Counted from the stretch's first letter, positions 1 through 10,436 are shown. The stretch is 64,000 bases of DNA from a virus (IMGVR_UViG_3300005937_000004:14950-78949); one strand, 5' to 3'. Made by a program: numbers and translations. Notes: a model not told the origin generated them from the sequence alone.

Positions 1-1
1 G

Positions 2-1363
2 GAATTGCAATGGAGCGGGATCACTTCAACAGCCCCAATCGATTGGCTGGTGCCACCGCAAACGGCTGATTACATCCCGTTTACTCCTGATCAGATCATC
101 ACTGGCAGCCAGTATTACGTTCAAGTCTTCGGGGACCCTCTATTCAACGAATACCTGTTCCCACATAATCTTGGGACAGAAAACATTGCCGCAGTAACTA
201 TCCGAGAGAACCACGATGCTGGCGCGATCCTGAACCCGGATGATTACGACATCGAGATCGTAGACGACGTATCACTGAAAGTCACGATGCACAGCTCGTT
301 CGCCAGCGCTAACGGGCATGTGATCATCATCACGTCTGCAGGGCCCAAGAGCGCGTTCCAGGCGCACACTCACACGATCGCACAGATCATCGGTCTCCAG
401 GACATTCTCGACGTATTGTTGAAACGTATCACTGTTCTTGAGTCAATTCTGCCGTCTACCATCGGTGGCGCTACGCAACTACAGGTACCAGGAGAAAACT
501 TGCTTATTGAAATTCCAGACGCTCAGGAGCTTTTACTTGTGCCACGGGGCAGTGAAGCTGCCAAGAAAGTGTCTACTGCTGGAAGTCAGGGTGTAGATCC
601 AAAAGATATACCCAGAGCCAATGCACTCCTGCCCGCTATTCTGATGGAAGGAACCGCTGGTATACTACCAGACCCATTGGAACCACCAACCTCATTTAAT
701 GCCGGTAAAGTCTATGATGTCGATACCACTGGCAATGCTGGCGTGGATCTACCAGGTGGTTACGGTATTCGAGGTGTGCACGTTCCAGAAGGCGGTTTAG
801 TTGGATCTGATGGGAAGATCTGGTATGAAGCTTATCAGGCTGACGCGCTTAACACTTATTACCCGCGTCCATTCGATCGAACGCTGTTCACTCTGTTTAT
901 CAACGATCGGATGATGGCTGTGGGTTCGAATTTCAGTATGGAATTCAAACTGAAATTGAAGACATACAAAGCAACCAGCAACATTCACTGGCGACTGGTG
1001 CTTGAGCTTGGAAGTGCGCCCAGCTCACCTGATCCTGCGCCAACAGAAGTGAACCTGGAGAATGTGGTTTGGATCGCTAACCCAGCATTAAGCCAGCATT
1101 TCATTGTGACTGACGTAGCTGTTACGCATCGGTTCGGATTCCAGGTGTTGCGATCGATCCTGGATGTAATCACAGCCAACCAAATGCTTTATGGAGCTCT
1201 ATTACCTGCAGCCCAGATACCTCTAAGCGCCAACTTCGCATTGCGAGCTAGACTCATAGAGTTTGACACTGAAAACTCTGTACAAGACGCTCGCGGCCTT
1301 GTGTACTTCGGCTTGAAAGACGCTAAAGCACAAATCGCAGGAGGCGGAACCACACCACCCTAA
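2..1363 (+). CDS. Virion tail-associated protein, 5-prime truncated
   Basis: Frame is open to the window edge; beta-rich; first gene of the tail cluster. Confidence 0.6.
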   Translation, partial: ELQWSGITSTAPIDWLVPPQTADYIPFTPDQIITGSQYYVQVFGDPLFNEYLFPHNLGTENIAAVTIRENHDAGAILNPDDYDIEIVDDVSLKVTMHSSFASANGHVIIITSAGPKSAFQAHTHTIAQIIGLQDILDVLLKRITVLESILPSTIGGATQLQVPGENLLIEIPDAQELLLVPRGSEAAKKVSTAGSQGVDPKDIPRANALLPAILMEGTAGILPDPLEPPTSFNAGKVYDVDTTGNAGVDLPGGYGIRGVHVPEGGLVGSDGKIWYEAYQADALNTYYPRPFDRTLFTLFINDRMMAVGSNFSMEFKLKLKTYKATSNIHWRLVLELGSAPSSPDPAPTEVNLENVVWIANPALSQHFIVTDVAVTHRFGFQVLRSILDVITANQMLYGALLPAAQIPLSANFALRARLIEFDTENSVQDARGLVYFGLKDAKAQIAGGGTTPP

Positions 1364-1366
1364 TTT

Positions 1367-3994
1367 ATGGCTGATCCAGTCACCGGTATTACTAGGAAAA
1401 CCTGTTTCATGGAATGGACAGGTCGCTACGAGCTGTGGATGACCTTTACCTGGACCGAGCAAGAAACCAGTCCGTGCCATTACGTTGTCGAACGTCACCG
1501 GATATCTAGTAACACCTGGGAACAACAGGGCATAGCCCAGAAAGGGGACGGGTTCCTCAAAGTCTGGGTCGGTCATCAGGGACCAAACGACGGATGGCAA
1601 TACCATCAGACGATGGACAAGATCAGGGTGACCTGTGTCACCGACCCTGATGACGGCGATCCTGCATCTGTTGAATACACCTTTGTCTTTCCGACCAGCA
1701 GATCAAAACAAATGCTGGTTAACCGATCGATCAACGTCACTAATCGCACCAACAACTCCGTCTCATTCAACGTCAAAGGCGACGACGATAGCAAATATCT
1801 GTACTGCGCTAACCTGCATGTTTACAACAGGTCGCAGGGTGATCGGCTGATCTACGAAAGAGGTCTTGGGCTTGGCAATCCGGCGCTGGCGATCAATTAC
1901 TGCGATCATCACAAGCCAGTAATCGGGTTCACTGTCACCGGCAACGATGTGCCACGCGAAGGCGATGTCCTGCAGGTTCATTACATCGGTATCTGCGGTA
2001 ACAGCCATGCTCCACAGGACCTACAAGCAGCCAGGGACGGCACTGAAGCGATCTTCGGAGCGACTTACTCTAGTCCGGTCAATTTCCCATTGCTCACGCT
2101 CTCTGCAACACAGGGAAACAATTTCGCTTACCACATTGGAAACGCTCCGGGGATAACCGGTAATCCATTCGCTGCGACATATAGCAAGACTACCGGAACA
2201 ATGCCTCCTGGCATGTCGCTGGCATCTGATGGTTGGCTGACTGGTACCCCAACTTCCACAGGGACATTTAATTTCCATGTTCAAACCGTCTCAGAGATGG
2301 GCGACATTGGCGGGGGCGACGTTCGCGTCATTGTCGGCGTATCGCAGCTGCCGGTCATCAATAATCCGGGGCCACAGGTATTAAACCAGTACGTCCCATA
2401 CAGCCTGCAACTCACGGCATCGCATAATCCGAGCAGCTGGGCTGTGACTAGTGGCACGCTTCCAACCGGGTTAAGCCTGAATACGAGCACCGGAGAAATC
2501 ACCGGAACTCCCACGGCGATCCAGAGTCCGACATCTGTCGGGTTCAAGGCCACAAACGTAACTGGCCAGGGACCGGAGATGAGCTGCAACTTCAGTGTTG
2601 TCGCACTCGGGCTGCCAGTAATCACTTCGCCATCCACAGCCTCAGCATATCGCGGCGAAGCATGGAACTACACGGTTACCGCATCCAATTCACCGATCTC
2701 ATTCTCCGCTGCGCCGCTTCCAAAGAACACGGTGATCGACTCGCAGAGTGGCCGCATCAGTGGAACCATCGACCCGGCTCAAGAACTTCCAGGAACACGA
2801 TCGATCACGCTCAGAGCCACCAATTATACCGGACAAAGCGCTCCGTTCATTCTGACGCTCACGATCCTGGACAGGTTACCTGTCATTACCAGCGATTTGA
2901 ATGTGACGGGGATCTGTTTCCAGCAGTTCATGTATATCATCACTGCTACCGGTTACCCGACTTCGTTTGGAGCAGACAATCTGCCTTTCGGCCTGAGTGT
3001 AGATCCTGAGACCGGAATCATAAGCGGGGTGGTGATCTCTCCCGGCACATTCACGGTCAACCTGAGCGCCACCAACTCAGCTGGCACGGGCACAGCTGTG
3101 CTGACGCTAATTTTCAAACTGCTGCGCCCAGTCATCGACACCTCGATCACGGCTGGAAAAGCCATCACCTGCGAGACAGGTATCCCGGTAGTGTTTCAAC
3201 CTGTAGCCAGCAATAATCCTACGCTGTGGCAGGCTTCACCGGTTCAGGATGGATTCACTATCGATGGCAACCTGCCGATTGGTGACCAGAAAACAGCTAC
3301 TGGACCAAACGGTCAATTGAAAGGCACGTTCACGACCGTTGGTTTATATGGACTGGTTTATATCGCTTCCAACATTGCTGGACCAAGTGATCCGGCCATC
3401 TTTTATTTCCTGGTGGAATTGGGAAGCGGCGGTTCAGCGGAAGCATCTTTGGGAGACGGATTGGATATTTGGATCGATCTACAAGACGGAGCGGTATCGA
3501 TTATGCCGCCAGGTTCAAAGATGGAACAGACTATCACCCAGACAGAAAACGGAACCACAACAGAAACCAAGAAAGAAGTGGCTGAACCAACCGAAAAAGC
3601 TGTGCTCTGGAGCAAGCGCGGCGACACGTTGCCGTTAACCATCAGGTTCCACAAAGGCGGGAAACCTGTCCGAATCGAGAACATGAGCTCGCTGAAATTC
3701 GGTGTCCGTGAAGATTTCACGTTGCCGTATGCAGTGCTCACAACGGGTTTTGCAACCAACGAAGACGGTTCATACCGGATCTGGCCGAATTACTCCGACA
3801 ATAAAGAGATCGATTTTGAGATCGACGATGAGGAAGAATTCCTGGAGCTCCTGGCAGAGGTGCAATGGGAGACCGGTACGTTAGATCCAGAAGACACAAA
3901 TCCCTTTACCCGCCGTAGCTCACAGACGTTCACCAATCGCATCTATCGAGATGTGATTTATCCAGATGACTCTGCTCAGCCAGAAAGTGCGTAA
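1367..3994 (+). CDS. Tail/adhesin protein with tandem putative Ig (He_PIG-like) domains, 875 aa
   Basis: About five repeats of the type PVITS..A.....F.Y.ITA...P.SF.A..LP.GL..D..TG.ISG.P...GT..V.L.ATN..G. Confidence 0.85.
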   Translation: MADPVTGITRKTCFMEWTGRYELWMTFTWTEQETSPCHYVVERHRISSNTWEQQGIAQKGDGFLKVWVGHQGPNDGWQYHQTMDKIRVTCVTDPDDGDPASVEYTFVFPTSRSKQMLVNRSINVTNRTNNSVSFNVKGDDDSKYLYCANLHVYNRSQGDRLIYERGLGLGNPALAINYCDHHKPVIGFTVTGNDVPREGDVLQVHYIGICGNSHAPQDLQAARDGTEAIFGATYSSPVNFPLLTLSATQGNNFAYHIGNAPGITGNPFAATYSKTTGTMPPGMSLASDGWLTGTPTSTGTFNFHVQTVSEMGDIGGGDVRVIVGVSQLPVINNPGPQVLNQYVPYSLQLTASHNPSSWAVTSGTLPTGLSLNTSTGEITGTPTAIQSPTSVGFKATNVTGQGPEMSCNFSVVALGLPVITSPSTASAYRGEAWNYTVTASNSPISFSAAPLPKNTVIDSQSGRISGTIDPAQELPGTRSITLRATNYTGQSAPFILTLTILDRLPVITSDLNVTGICFQQFMYIITATGYPTSFGADNLPFGLSVDPETGIISGVVISPGTFTVNLSATNSAGTGTAVLTLIFKLLRPVIDTSITAGKAITCETGIPVVFQPVASNNPTLWQASPVQDGFTIDGNLPIGDQKTATGPNGQLKGTFTTVGLYGLVYIASNIAGPSDPAIFYFLVELGSGGSAEASLGDGLDIWIDLQDGAVSIMPPGSKMEQTITQTENGTTTETKKEVAEPTEKAVLWSKRGDTLPLTIRFHKGGKPVRIENMSSLKFGVREDFTLPYAVLTTGFATNEDGSYRIWPNYSDNKEIDFEIDDEEEFLELLAEVQWETGTLDPEDTNPFTRRSSQTFTNRIYRDVIYPDDSAQPESA

Positions 3995-4497
3995 TGTCAT
4001 TCCTGGAACCAAAGCCTTTTCGTGAGGGTAAAATCACCCTGGACCCTTTGGGGTGGGACCAGGGTGAAATCCTTCTAATCCCTTATTCAGCGATCCCAAA
4101 GAAAGGGAACCCGATCGGGCTTTTGCCGCTGACTGCTGGCGATCGCGGACTCAATTTTGCTAGGTCACTCACAGGCGGCATTCAAATAGGTAAAGTGCCC
4201 GGGTACTGGACCATTCCATACACTGGCTTCATTACCGCTGTTGTCCTGAACACCAACCAAGGCGGATTCAAAATCAGGTTCTGGAAAGCTTCAGGGCACG
4301 CTCCGACTGTGGAAGATGTGATCAATCGCGACGGTTACACCATTCAGGCTCCCGACACGCACAAGGAATACTTTGATCTAAGCGATTTCACCACGATTAC
4401 CGTTAATAATGGTGACACGTTCGCAGCGGAGATTATGCAGGTCATTGAACCAACTCCTACTGATGTATCCGGCAATGTGGTGGTCTTCCAGATTTAA
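3994..4497 (+). CDS. Hypothetical tail protein
   Basis: 167 aa; start overlaps the upstream stop. Confidence 0.7.
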   Translation: MSFLEPKPFREGKITLDPLGWDQGEILLIPYSAIPKKGNPIGLLPLTAGDRGLNFARSLTGGIQIGKVPGYWTIPYTGFITAVVLNTNQGGFKIRFWKASGHAPTVEDVINRDGYTIQAPDTHKEYFDLSDFTTITVNNGDTFAAEIMQVIEPTPTDVSGNVVVFQI

Positions 4498-5432
4498 TGA
4501 CCAATTACGTCCAAGGTCTAAGCGCAGATTGTAGTCCCGCTGATCATTTCAGAGCTTGGGCGCAATTCATAGAAGACTCCCTGGTTATGGGTGGTTGGAT
4601 CGTCACCAATGATACCGGTCAAACCAAGCCGCAGGATCTCCAGGTTCCCACTGCCGGGCAACAGAAAAAGGGGTTCCGGATCTATCAGATGAACGATGAT
4701 CTGCAGGCCGAAGCCCCGGTGTATATGCGGCTCGATTTCGGGAGCGGGTTCTCCAATTTTGGAACGCCCTATAGCCCGTCGGTATGGATAACGCTGGGAG
4801 GTGGCACCAACACTATCGGAGACATCACTAATGTATGGCTGAACAGCGCTTATGTTGAATCACATCAAGCTAGCGGGGTCAGTGATTGTTATGCCAGTGT
4901 AGACAAAGGTCGATGTGCCTTCGGAATGTTTGTTGGACCTGTTCCGGGAAATACCAATGCCGGTTCATTCGCGTTTAGTGTTGAACGTTGGAAAGATGAA
5001 CTTGGAAAAGACATCGACGAAGGGCTCCTGGTTGTTTATACCAGCAGGCGAAGTGTTCAGGGAAACGTGCAGATTTGCTTGTCTTATTCTCCCACCTGCT
5101 ATTTCGAAGTACCTTTGCAACGACAACAGCCTATCGACGTTGGTCTAAATTTTGTTCACACCACCAGCGATCCTTCTCCCACCCACTTTGGAGACAGAGG
5201 AGTTGGAGTATTGTTCCATTTCTTTGGCATAGCGCTACAGCCCGGGAAAAACTGGGTGATCTGCAACGCCACCGATACAGCTGGCCCTATCCTGCTGGTA
5301 ACCATGTACGATGAACTCATTCCGTATCTGGCAGTTAATCTAATTCCGACCGTAGCAGCTATTGGCCCTGCGGGATTTGGAGCATCTGAGATTGGAGACA
5401 CTTTTCGGAAAGTACTAATGAGGTACGACTAA
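4497..5432 (+). CDS. Tail/receptor-binding protein paralog 1
   Basis: Shares WAQFIE, DTGQT, GFRIY.M.D, MR.DFG, ER..D, QPG and C-terminal MRYD with the next two genes. Confidence 0.75.
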   Translation: MTNYVQGLSADCSPADHFRAWAQFIEDSLVMGGWIVTNDTGQTKPQDLQVPTAGQQKKGFRIYQMNDDLQAEAPVYMRLDFGSGFSNFGTPYSPSVWITLGGGTNTIGDITNVWLNSAYVESHQASGVSDCYASVDKGRCAFGMFVGPVPGNTNAGSFAFSVERWKDELGKDIDEGLLVVYTSRRSVQGNVQICLSYSPTCYFEVPLQRQQPIDVGLNFVHTTSDPSPTHFGDRGVGVLFHFFGIALQPGKNWVICNATDTAGPILLVTMYDELIPYLAVNLIPTVAAIGPAGFGASEIGDTFRKVLMRYD

Positions 5433-6442
5433 TGGCTACGATGTTTAGCGCGGATCTGGTGCCCGACACTTATGTCGCTGCAAACATACAAGGCTGGGCC
5501 AGTTGGATTGAATCGGTCTTAACGACCATTGCCGGATGGACTGTGACCAGCGATACCGGACAAACTCTTCCCAGCGCTTTACCGGCAGGCACTGCCCAGA
5601 ACCAGAGACTTGGTTATCGCGTCTACGAGATGCACGATGAATTCACTGACGATCAGCCGATCTTTATGCGGATCGATTTTGGGACCGGTATGACCAGTGG
5701 AACCCCACCAAGTTCGATAGGTTACACACCCGGCATAAATTTTTCATTCGGGGCTGGTACAGATGGCGCAGGGAACCTGACAGGGATCTATTGGAACGGC
5801 CAAGGCTGGCACCCGAGCTCGCTACACACTGTCTACACTAATAGCCATCCTTCCCAGCCACCGATAACTTTCAGAACCAGGAGTTACGCCAGAGCTGATA
5901 ACAGCAGTTTTATTCTCGGATTATTCATTCTCGAAGGAAACAATCCAGCCGGGTTTTTTGGATCAGAGCAGATTACTTTTTCCCTTGAGCGAAGCAGGGA
6001 TCGGGATGGCATTTATACTGGGGACGGACTCCTGATCAGCTATACTGATAACCAGATCCTAGGTGGCGGTGGAACAGTGATGGCGCTTAATGCCACCAAA
6101 TACCTGATCCTGGATCGACCTGGACGAGCTCAGCCTCCATTAGAAAAAGGTCTTTCTTACCCATACATCAGGCATACCCCGGCTTACTCGTATGACGGGA
6201 CTATTCCCTGCGCATTGTGCAGCCATTTCAGGGGAACAGCGCAACAACCTGGGATTAACTTCATAATGATGGGGGCCAACGATATTTCTGCCGAAGGTCA
6301 ATACCAAGTGGTCCAATACGGACAGACGCGCATCTATCAAAACTTACGATATCTGATGACAGGAAGAGCGGCAGCAGGTCCAGTGGGATCAGCTGGTCCA
6401 CTCAATGACGCCGGGTGCAGGATCTCCATGCTGTATGACTGA
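5432..6442 (+). CDS. Tail/receptor-binding protein paralog 2
   Basis: Same motif series; ends MLYD; coupled start/stop. Confidence 0.75.
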   Translation: MATMFSADLVPDTYVAANIQGWASWIESVLTTIAGWTVTSDTGQTLPSALPAGTAQNQRLGYRVYEMHDEFTDDQPIFMRIDFGTGMTSGTPPSSIGYTPGINFSFGAGTDGAGNLTGIYWNGQGWHPSSLHTVYTNSHPSQPPITFRTRSYARADNSSFILGLFILEGNNPAGFFGSEQITFSLERSRDRDGIYTGDGLLISYTDNQILGGGGTVMALNATKYLILDRPGRAQPPLEKGLSYPYIRHTPAYSYDGTIPCALCSHFRGTAQQPGINFIMMGANDISAEGQYQVVQYGQTRIYQNLRYLMTGRAAAGPVGSAGPLNDAGCRISMLYD

Positions 6443-6462
6443 TGACATAAGGCATTCATTCG

Positions 6463-7362
6463 ATGGCCACTAAATTCTCTGCCTCCTTGCTCCCGAGTTG
6501 TTCTACTAACGCTCTTTTCCAGGCTTGGGCGCAGTTTATAGAAGACGCCCTGGTATCGACTGGTGGCTGGCAGGTCTCAACTGAGACCGGTGAAACTCTT
6601 CCCGGAGCCCTGGTAGCTCCGACTGCTGGAAACCAGAAACGAGGATTTCGTGTGTACCGGATGACCGATGCCGGTCCGTCGACATATATGCGGATCGATT
6701 ATGGCAGTTCCGGTGCTACTGCCACTCCCGGGATCTGGATCACGATCGGACCCGGAACCAATGGTTCAGGTGTGATTACCGCTCCATTATGGAACGGAGG
6801 TGCATCAGCTGCGCCAAATGTCAGTTCCAACACCAACATCGCTTCAGGTACATTCAATTCTTACGCCAGTGCTTCTACCGACCGGTTCGCCATGTGTTTA
6901 TTCGTGTCTGGAAACTCCGCATACCACATGTGTTTCACGATCGAGCGCACCAAGAACAGCTCAGGCGGCAACACCACAGACGGACTTTTACTGGTCTATC
7001 GTGACGGTCAAACGACTTCAAACGGGATCGCGCATTCCAGATTCCTGATCAATATTGGCGGTTCCCAACCAACTGTCGAAACAGGATTAAGCTACATCCT
7101 CAGCCAGCGATCACCGAGCGAAACTTTCGGAGGCGACATCCAGGCTGGTATTGTTTCACACTTCAAAGGAACCGCACAACAGCCCGGAACCAATATTCTG
7201 ATCACAAATGCGAGCGACGTCAGCGCCGAGGGAACAATCAACGTGGGCCTGTATAATCAGACCAGGACATACGTTCAACTCAATGCGCTTCCGCCTTATC
7301 AGGCATTGGTGGGAAGCAGCGTAGTGGACGGCAGTGCCCGTATTCTGATGAGGTACGATTAA
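6463..7362 (+). CDS. Tail/receptor-binding protein paralog 3
   Basis: Same motif series; ends MRYD. Confidence 0.75.
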   Translation: MATKFSASLLPSCSTNALFQAWAQFIEDALVSTGGWQVSTETGETLPGALVAPTAGNQKRGFRVYRMTDAGPSTYMRIDYGSSGATATPGIWITIGPGTNGSGVITAPLWNGGASAAPNVSSNTNIASGTFNSYASASTDRFAMCLFVSGNSAYHMCFTIERTKNSSGGNTTDGLLLVYRDGQTTSNGIAHSRFLINIGGSQPTVETGLSYILSQRSPSETFGGDIQAGIVSHFKGTAQQPGTNILITNASDVSAEGTINVGLYNQTRTYVQLNALPPYQALVGSSVVDGSARILMRYD

Positions 7363-7655
7363 TGGCCACGATTGTAAATTATTATCAGATCGCCACTACC
7401 CATGCGGATGGGACGCCAGCGTATGGATTAAACCAGGTTATCATCGGCGGAGTCGATCATGGGGCTGGCATCGAACCCAGGTTAAAAGGCATCATAAGAT
7501 ACGTTCCATGTAGAACTGGGCTACAGGAAGACGATCTCGTTCCTCAGGCAGCGCGAATAGCCCGGGTGTACATCCCGGAACCGCTTGTGGGGATGAATAC
7601 TGTGACCGTTACCAGGATCGATGACGAGTCTACGGGGTGGACCGGAGGAAATTGA
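7362..7655 (+). CDS. Hypothetical protein
   Basis: 97 aa; TAATG coupling. Confidence 0.65.
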   Translation: MATIVNYYQIATTHADGTPAYGLNQVIIGGVDHGAGIEPRLKGIIRYVPCRTGLQEDDLVPQAARIARVYIPEPLVGMNTVTVTRIDDESTGWTGGN

Positions 7656-7657
7656 CA
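7652..7657 (+). promoter_or_regulatory. TTGACA-N14-17-start motif (representative copy)
   Basis: Other copies at 8267, 22701, 31032, 32785, 49217, 51449, 56184, 58909, 60295, 60821, 63154, 63540. Confidence 0.7.
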
Positions 7658-7672
7658 TTCCCGAGTTGAGCG

Positions 7673-8275
7673 ATGCCAGTCGTCCCCTTCTACTTCGATC
7701 TGACGACCAGGAGATTCACCAATCCTATCGGGGGAAGTCTGACTACACCGTTCACCGGAAAACAGGGTGATGTCATCACCTATCAGCTGGCGGTGCTCCA
7801 GGGAACGGCTGTCCCGATCGACTTGGGTTGCATCGCCATGCGCCTCGGAGTAAAAGATCCGAAGGCTCTTACCTCTGCTTATCTTTCAGAATGTTTCGGT
7901 GAAAAGAGTGGGAGCGCGCAATATGCCCGGTGGCAGTTCGACCTGGATTTAAGTCAGCTTAACGGAAACTTGCCAGCGTCCAATACCAATTTTGTTCCAT
8001 TAGCATTAGAGCTTGAGATCCAGCTGCATGGTCAACGCATTGCCAGCCCCCTGCAGCAGTTCGTGCTTGAGAAGACAATGGGCATCGAAATCATTCTTCT
8101 ATGCCCTGGGTCCGGCATGTTCAGGATCACTGGACAACCTGTCACGTTCCTCTGGATGAACGCCGAAATCGGCCATTTTGCGATCAATGGACAAGATATC
8201 ACCACCAACTGGTTGTCGGTGGAGTCCGGTCATTTCGCTTACACTGGGCAGGACGTCAGCTTCAGATTGACATGA
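7673..8275 (+). CDS. Hypothetical tail-associated protein
   Basis: 200 aa; TTGACA 15 nt upstream; repeated C-terminal F.ITGQ.V motif. Confidence 0.7.
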   Translation: MPVVPFYFDLTTRRFTNPIGGSLTTPFTGKQGDVITYQLAVLQGTAVPIDLGCIAMRLGVKDPKALTSAYLSECFGEKSGSAQYARWQFDLDLSQLNGNLPASNTNFVPLALELEIQLHGQRIASPLQQFVLEKTMGIEIILLCPGSGMFRITGQPVTFLWMNAEIGHFAINGQDITTNWLSVESGHFAYTGQDVSFRLT

Positions 8276-8289
8276 GGAGGTTTCACTAA

Positions 8290-8709
8290 ATGGCTCTATT
8301 CCATAAGTTCAACCAATTTTCGGAGGACGTAGCACAAGGGGTGCACAAATTAAAGCCCAGCGCAGACGCATTGCAGCTGGCGCTTACCAACACTCAACCC
8401 AGCCCGGCTGACGAAGTTCTCTCTGACCTGACGGAAATTTCATACACCAATTTATCCAGTCGCGCTGTCACCATTACTGGAAGCGGACAGGCCCTTGGTG
8501 TCTTTACGCTTATTTGTGCCGATGTGGTGCTCACGGCTTCAGGAGTGGTAGCCGGTTTTCGTTATGTAGTCCTGTATAATACGACTCCGACGACTCCTTT
8601 GAAACCTCTTATTGGATGGTGGGACCAGGGAAGCGTTGTATCCATGACAAATGGCCAGGTCTTTACCATTTCATTCGATAACACTTTGGGCGTGTTGCAG
8701 TTAGAATAA
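8290..8709 (+). CDS. Conserved phage structural protein (F.KFNQF..D.A.G.H / FRYVVLYN.T / LIGWWD.G type)
   Basis: Recognisable virion-module protein; GGAGG SD and TTGACA upstream. Confidence 0.8.
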   Translation: MALFHKFNQFSEDVAQGVHKLKPSADALQLALTNTQPSPADEVLSDLTEISYTNLSSRAVTITGSGQALGVFTLICADVVLTASGVVAGFRYVVLYNTTPTTPLKPLIGWWDQGSVVSMTNGQVFTISFDNTLGVLQLE

Positions 8710-8710
8710 T

Positions 8711-8950
8711 GTGTTTAAGGATCGATCTACGCTCGATATCGTGGTCATCCTTCTCACTGCGATGGTTAGTTTAACTATCGTTCTATCGGCCATGGGAATT
8801 ATCGTCATGCGGATGACGCATCCAAATGTTGATGTCCAAAAAGGTGCTGACGTAATCGGAAACGTCATACAGACAGTAGTTGGAGCCTTAGTCGGGTTTA
8901 TTGGCGGCAGAGCCGTTGGAAAATTGGAAGCAACAAACGGAGGACATTGA
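8711..8950 (+). CDS. Putative holin
   Basis: 79 aa with two hydrophobic helices, directly before a hydrolase-like gene. Confidence 0.6.
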   Translation: MFKDRSTLDIVVILLTAMVSLTIVLSAMGIIVMRMTHPNVDVQKGADVIGNVIQTVVGALVGFIGGRAVGKLEATNGGH

Positions 8951-9429
8951 TGCAGCTGCATGTACTGGTTGAAATCGGTGGAGTAAAAATCTGGACCGGA
9001 TACGAAGGCGGCTACATCTGTTTTATTTCGAATCTGGACATCTGCAATGACGGCAGCGGACCATCTCACGGCGATCCATATTACCAGAGCCAGACTGCTT
9101 ACTACAATGGCGGAAAATATCTGAACGCCGACGTCGACAAATACATAGTGATCCCACCGCAATGTCGAACAATGGTTCCTCCGGTAGTGATGGGATGCCA
9201 GGCACGCATGACCAACATGCTCACAGCCAAATGGCACGCTGCGGTCACAGGCGAGATCGGCCCGAGCAACAAAACTGGTGAAGCTGCTTATTGTTTGGCG
9301 GAAATCATTAATCCTGAAATTACGTATAACCAGGGCGATTCGCGGATGATTTATTTTTATGAGCTTTGGCCTGGGATACCGGCCAAGGTTAGTGACAAAA
9401 CTTACAAGCTGGAACCGGCTGGTGGATGA
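8947..9429 (+). CDS. GH75 chitosanase-like protein, putative endolysin
   Basis: LDICNDG, DPYYQSQT, LNAD..KYIVIP and GEIGP...GEAAYCLA resemble GH75 motifs; lysis-cassette position. Confidence 0.65.
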   Translation: MMQLHVLVEIGGVKIWTGYEGGYICFISNLDICNDGSGPSHGDPYYQSQTAYYNGGKYLNADVDKYIVIPPQCRTMVPPVVMGCQARMTNMLTAKWHAAVTGEIGPSNKTGEAAYCLAEIINPEITYNQGDSRMIYFYELWPGIPAKVSDKTYKLEPAGG

Positions 9430-9620
9430 GCAACAAGAATGGGTACAAAGCTGAGCTGGAACACCGGGAAAAGGTGATCAAAAAGAGCCAGCGTTTGCAG
9501 GGGTTGCGAGATCTACTCTTAACCTACGAAGAAGCCGGGATCGAGAACAACGAAGTCGCTGCTCTACGATCCCGGGTTCGACGTACTCATATCCAACTTG
9601 TGGCAATGGGCGGACTTTAA
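9426..9620 (+). CDS. Hypothetical protein
   Basis: 64 aa; ATGA overlap. Confidence 0.6.
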   Translation: MSNKNGYKAELEHREKVIKKSQRLQGLRDLLLTYEEAGIENNEVAALRSRVRRTHIQLVAMGGL

Positions 9621-9856
9621 CGCACCAGGTTACTGGCGGTATAAGTCATACCTTTCGGTGCCACAGTGGATGTCATGATCGACATTCCACTACCGCTTGC
9701 TCCGATTGGCGAATCTTCCCATTGCTGAACATTGCCGGTCAGGGTTGCCCTAATATCACCTGGCATACTGGGTTGCGCTTCGCGTGCTCTTTTGCGAACC
9801 GCTTCCCATTTAAGCTGCGTTGGATCTTTCGAGGCAGGCGCAGCGCCCTGACTCAC
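9617..9856 (-). CDS. Hypothetical protein
   Basis: GTG start overlapping the stop of 9853-10083. Confidence 0.45.
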   Translation of the reverse strand: MSQGAAPASKDPTQLKWEAVRKRAREAQPSMPGDIRATLTGNVQQWEDSPIGASGSGMSIMTSTVAPKGMTYTASNLVR

Positions 9857-10083
9857 ACGCAAAAAGGGCGGCAATAAACTTTCACTCGATCGAGATTGAT
9901 CTCACCGTTTTTCCCTTCAGCCCTGAAGTCTGTCACCGCTTTAATGGCTGCAGCTTGATCGCCTTCCGCGACCACTGATCTCGGTGGCATGACAAGTGTT
10001 TCGCCCTTGCCTTCTTCTTCTTCTTTTTTGGTTGGTAACTGCGTTAATGCTACTTCGTATAACATAGGATTAAAAGTGGGCAA
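9853..10083 (-). CDS. Hypothetical protein
   Basis: 76 aa ORF in a co-oriented chain. Confidence 0.6.
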   Translation of the reverse strand: MPTFNPMLYEVALTQLPTKKEEEEGKGETLVMPPRSVVAEGDQAAAIKAVTDFRAEGKNGEINLDRVKVYCRPFCV

Positions 10084-10120
10084 CCACTCGTAGGCAGGTT
10101 GCCCAATCGCCTGTTGTTTA

Positions 10121-10435
10121 TTAACCGTATTTGAGTCTGTTATATTCCCGGAAAGAGACCGGTGAACCTTCCCACAGGTAATCCTTCGAATCCCAATAAG
10201 GATCGTAAGTTATTCCCTTGAGAGCTTTCCTGATCTGGCGGAGTCGCTCCTTCCTGTTCAACTTCTTCCGTGTAACATGTTTTGGCAGAAGCTTCTTAAA
10301 CCAAAACTGATAGATCCTCAGATAGAAGTTTGGATGGTAGTTGATCAACCAGATGTTAGCGCCGATGAATGACGCTATTCCGACAACGATGAGGAATACC
10401 ATACCTACGTTGTGACAGGTGCAACTGTCGTCCAC
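10121..10435 (-). CDS. Hypothetical membrane-anchored protein
   Basis: N-terminal hydrophobic helix, basic C-terminus; start reassigned to GTG. Confidence 0.55.
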   Translation of the reverse strand: MDDSCTCHNVGMVFLIVVGIASFIGANIWLINYHPNFYLRIYQFWFKKLLPKHVTRKKLNRKERLRQIRKALKGITYDPYWDSKDYLWEGSPVSFREYNRLKYG

Positions 10436-10436
10436 C

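Noticed and set aside
4497-7362. Diversity-generating retroelement or invertible tail cassette
   Set aside because: No reverse transcriptase, near-identical TR/VR pair or invertase seen; the paralogs are deeply diverged
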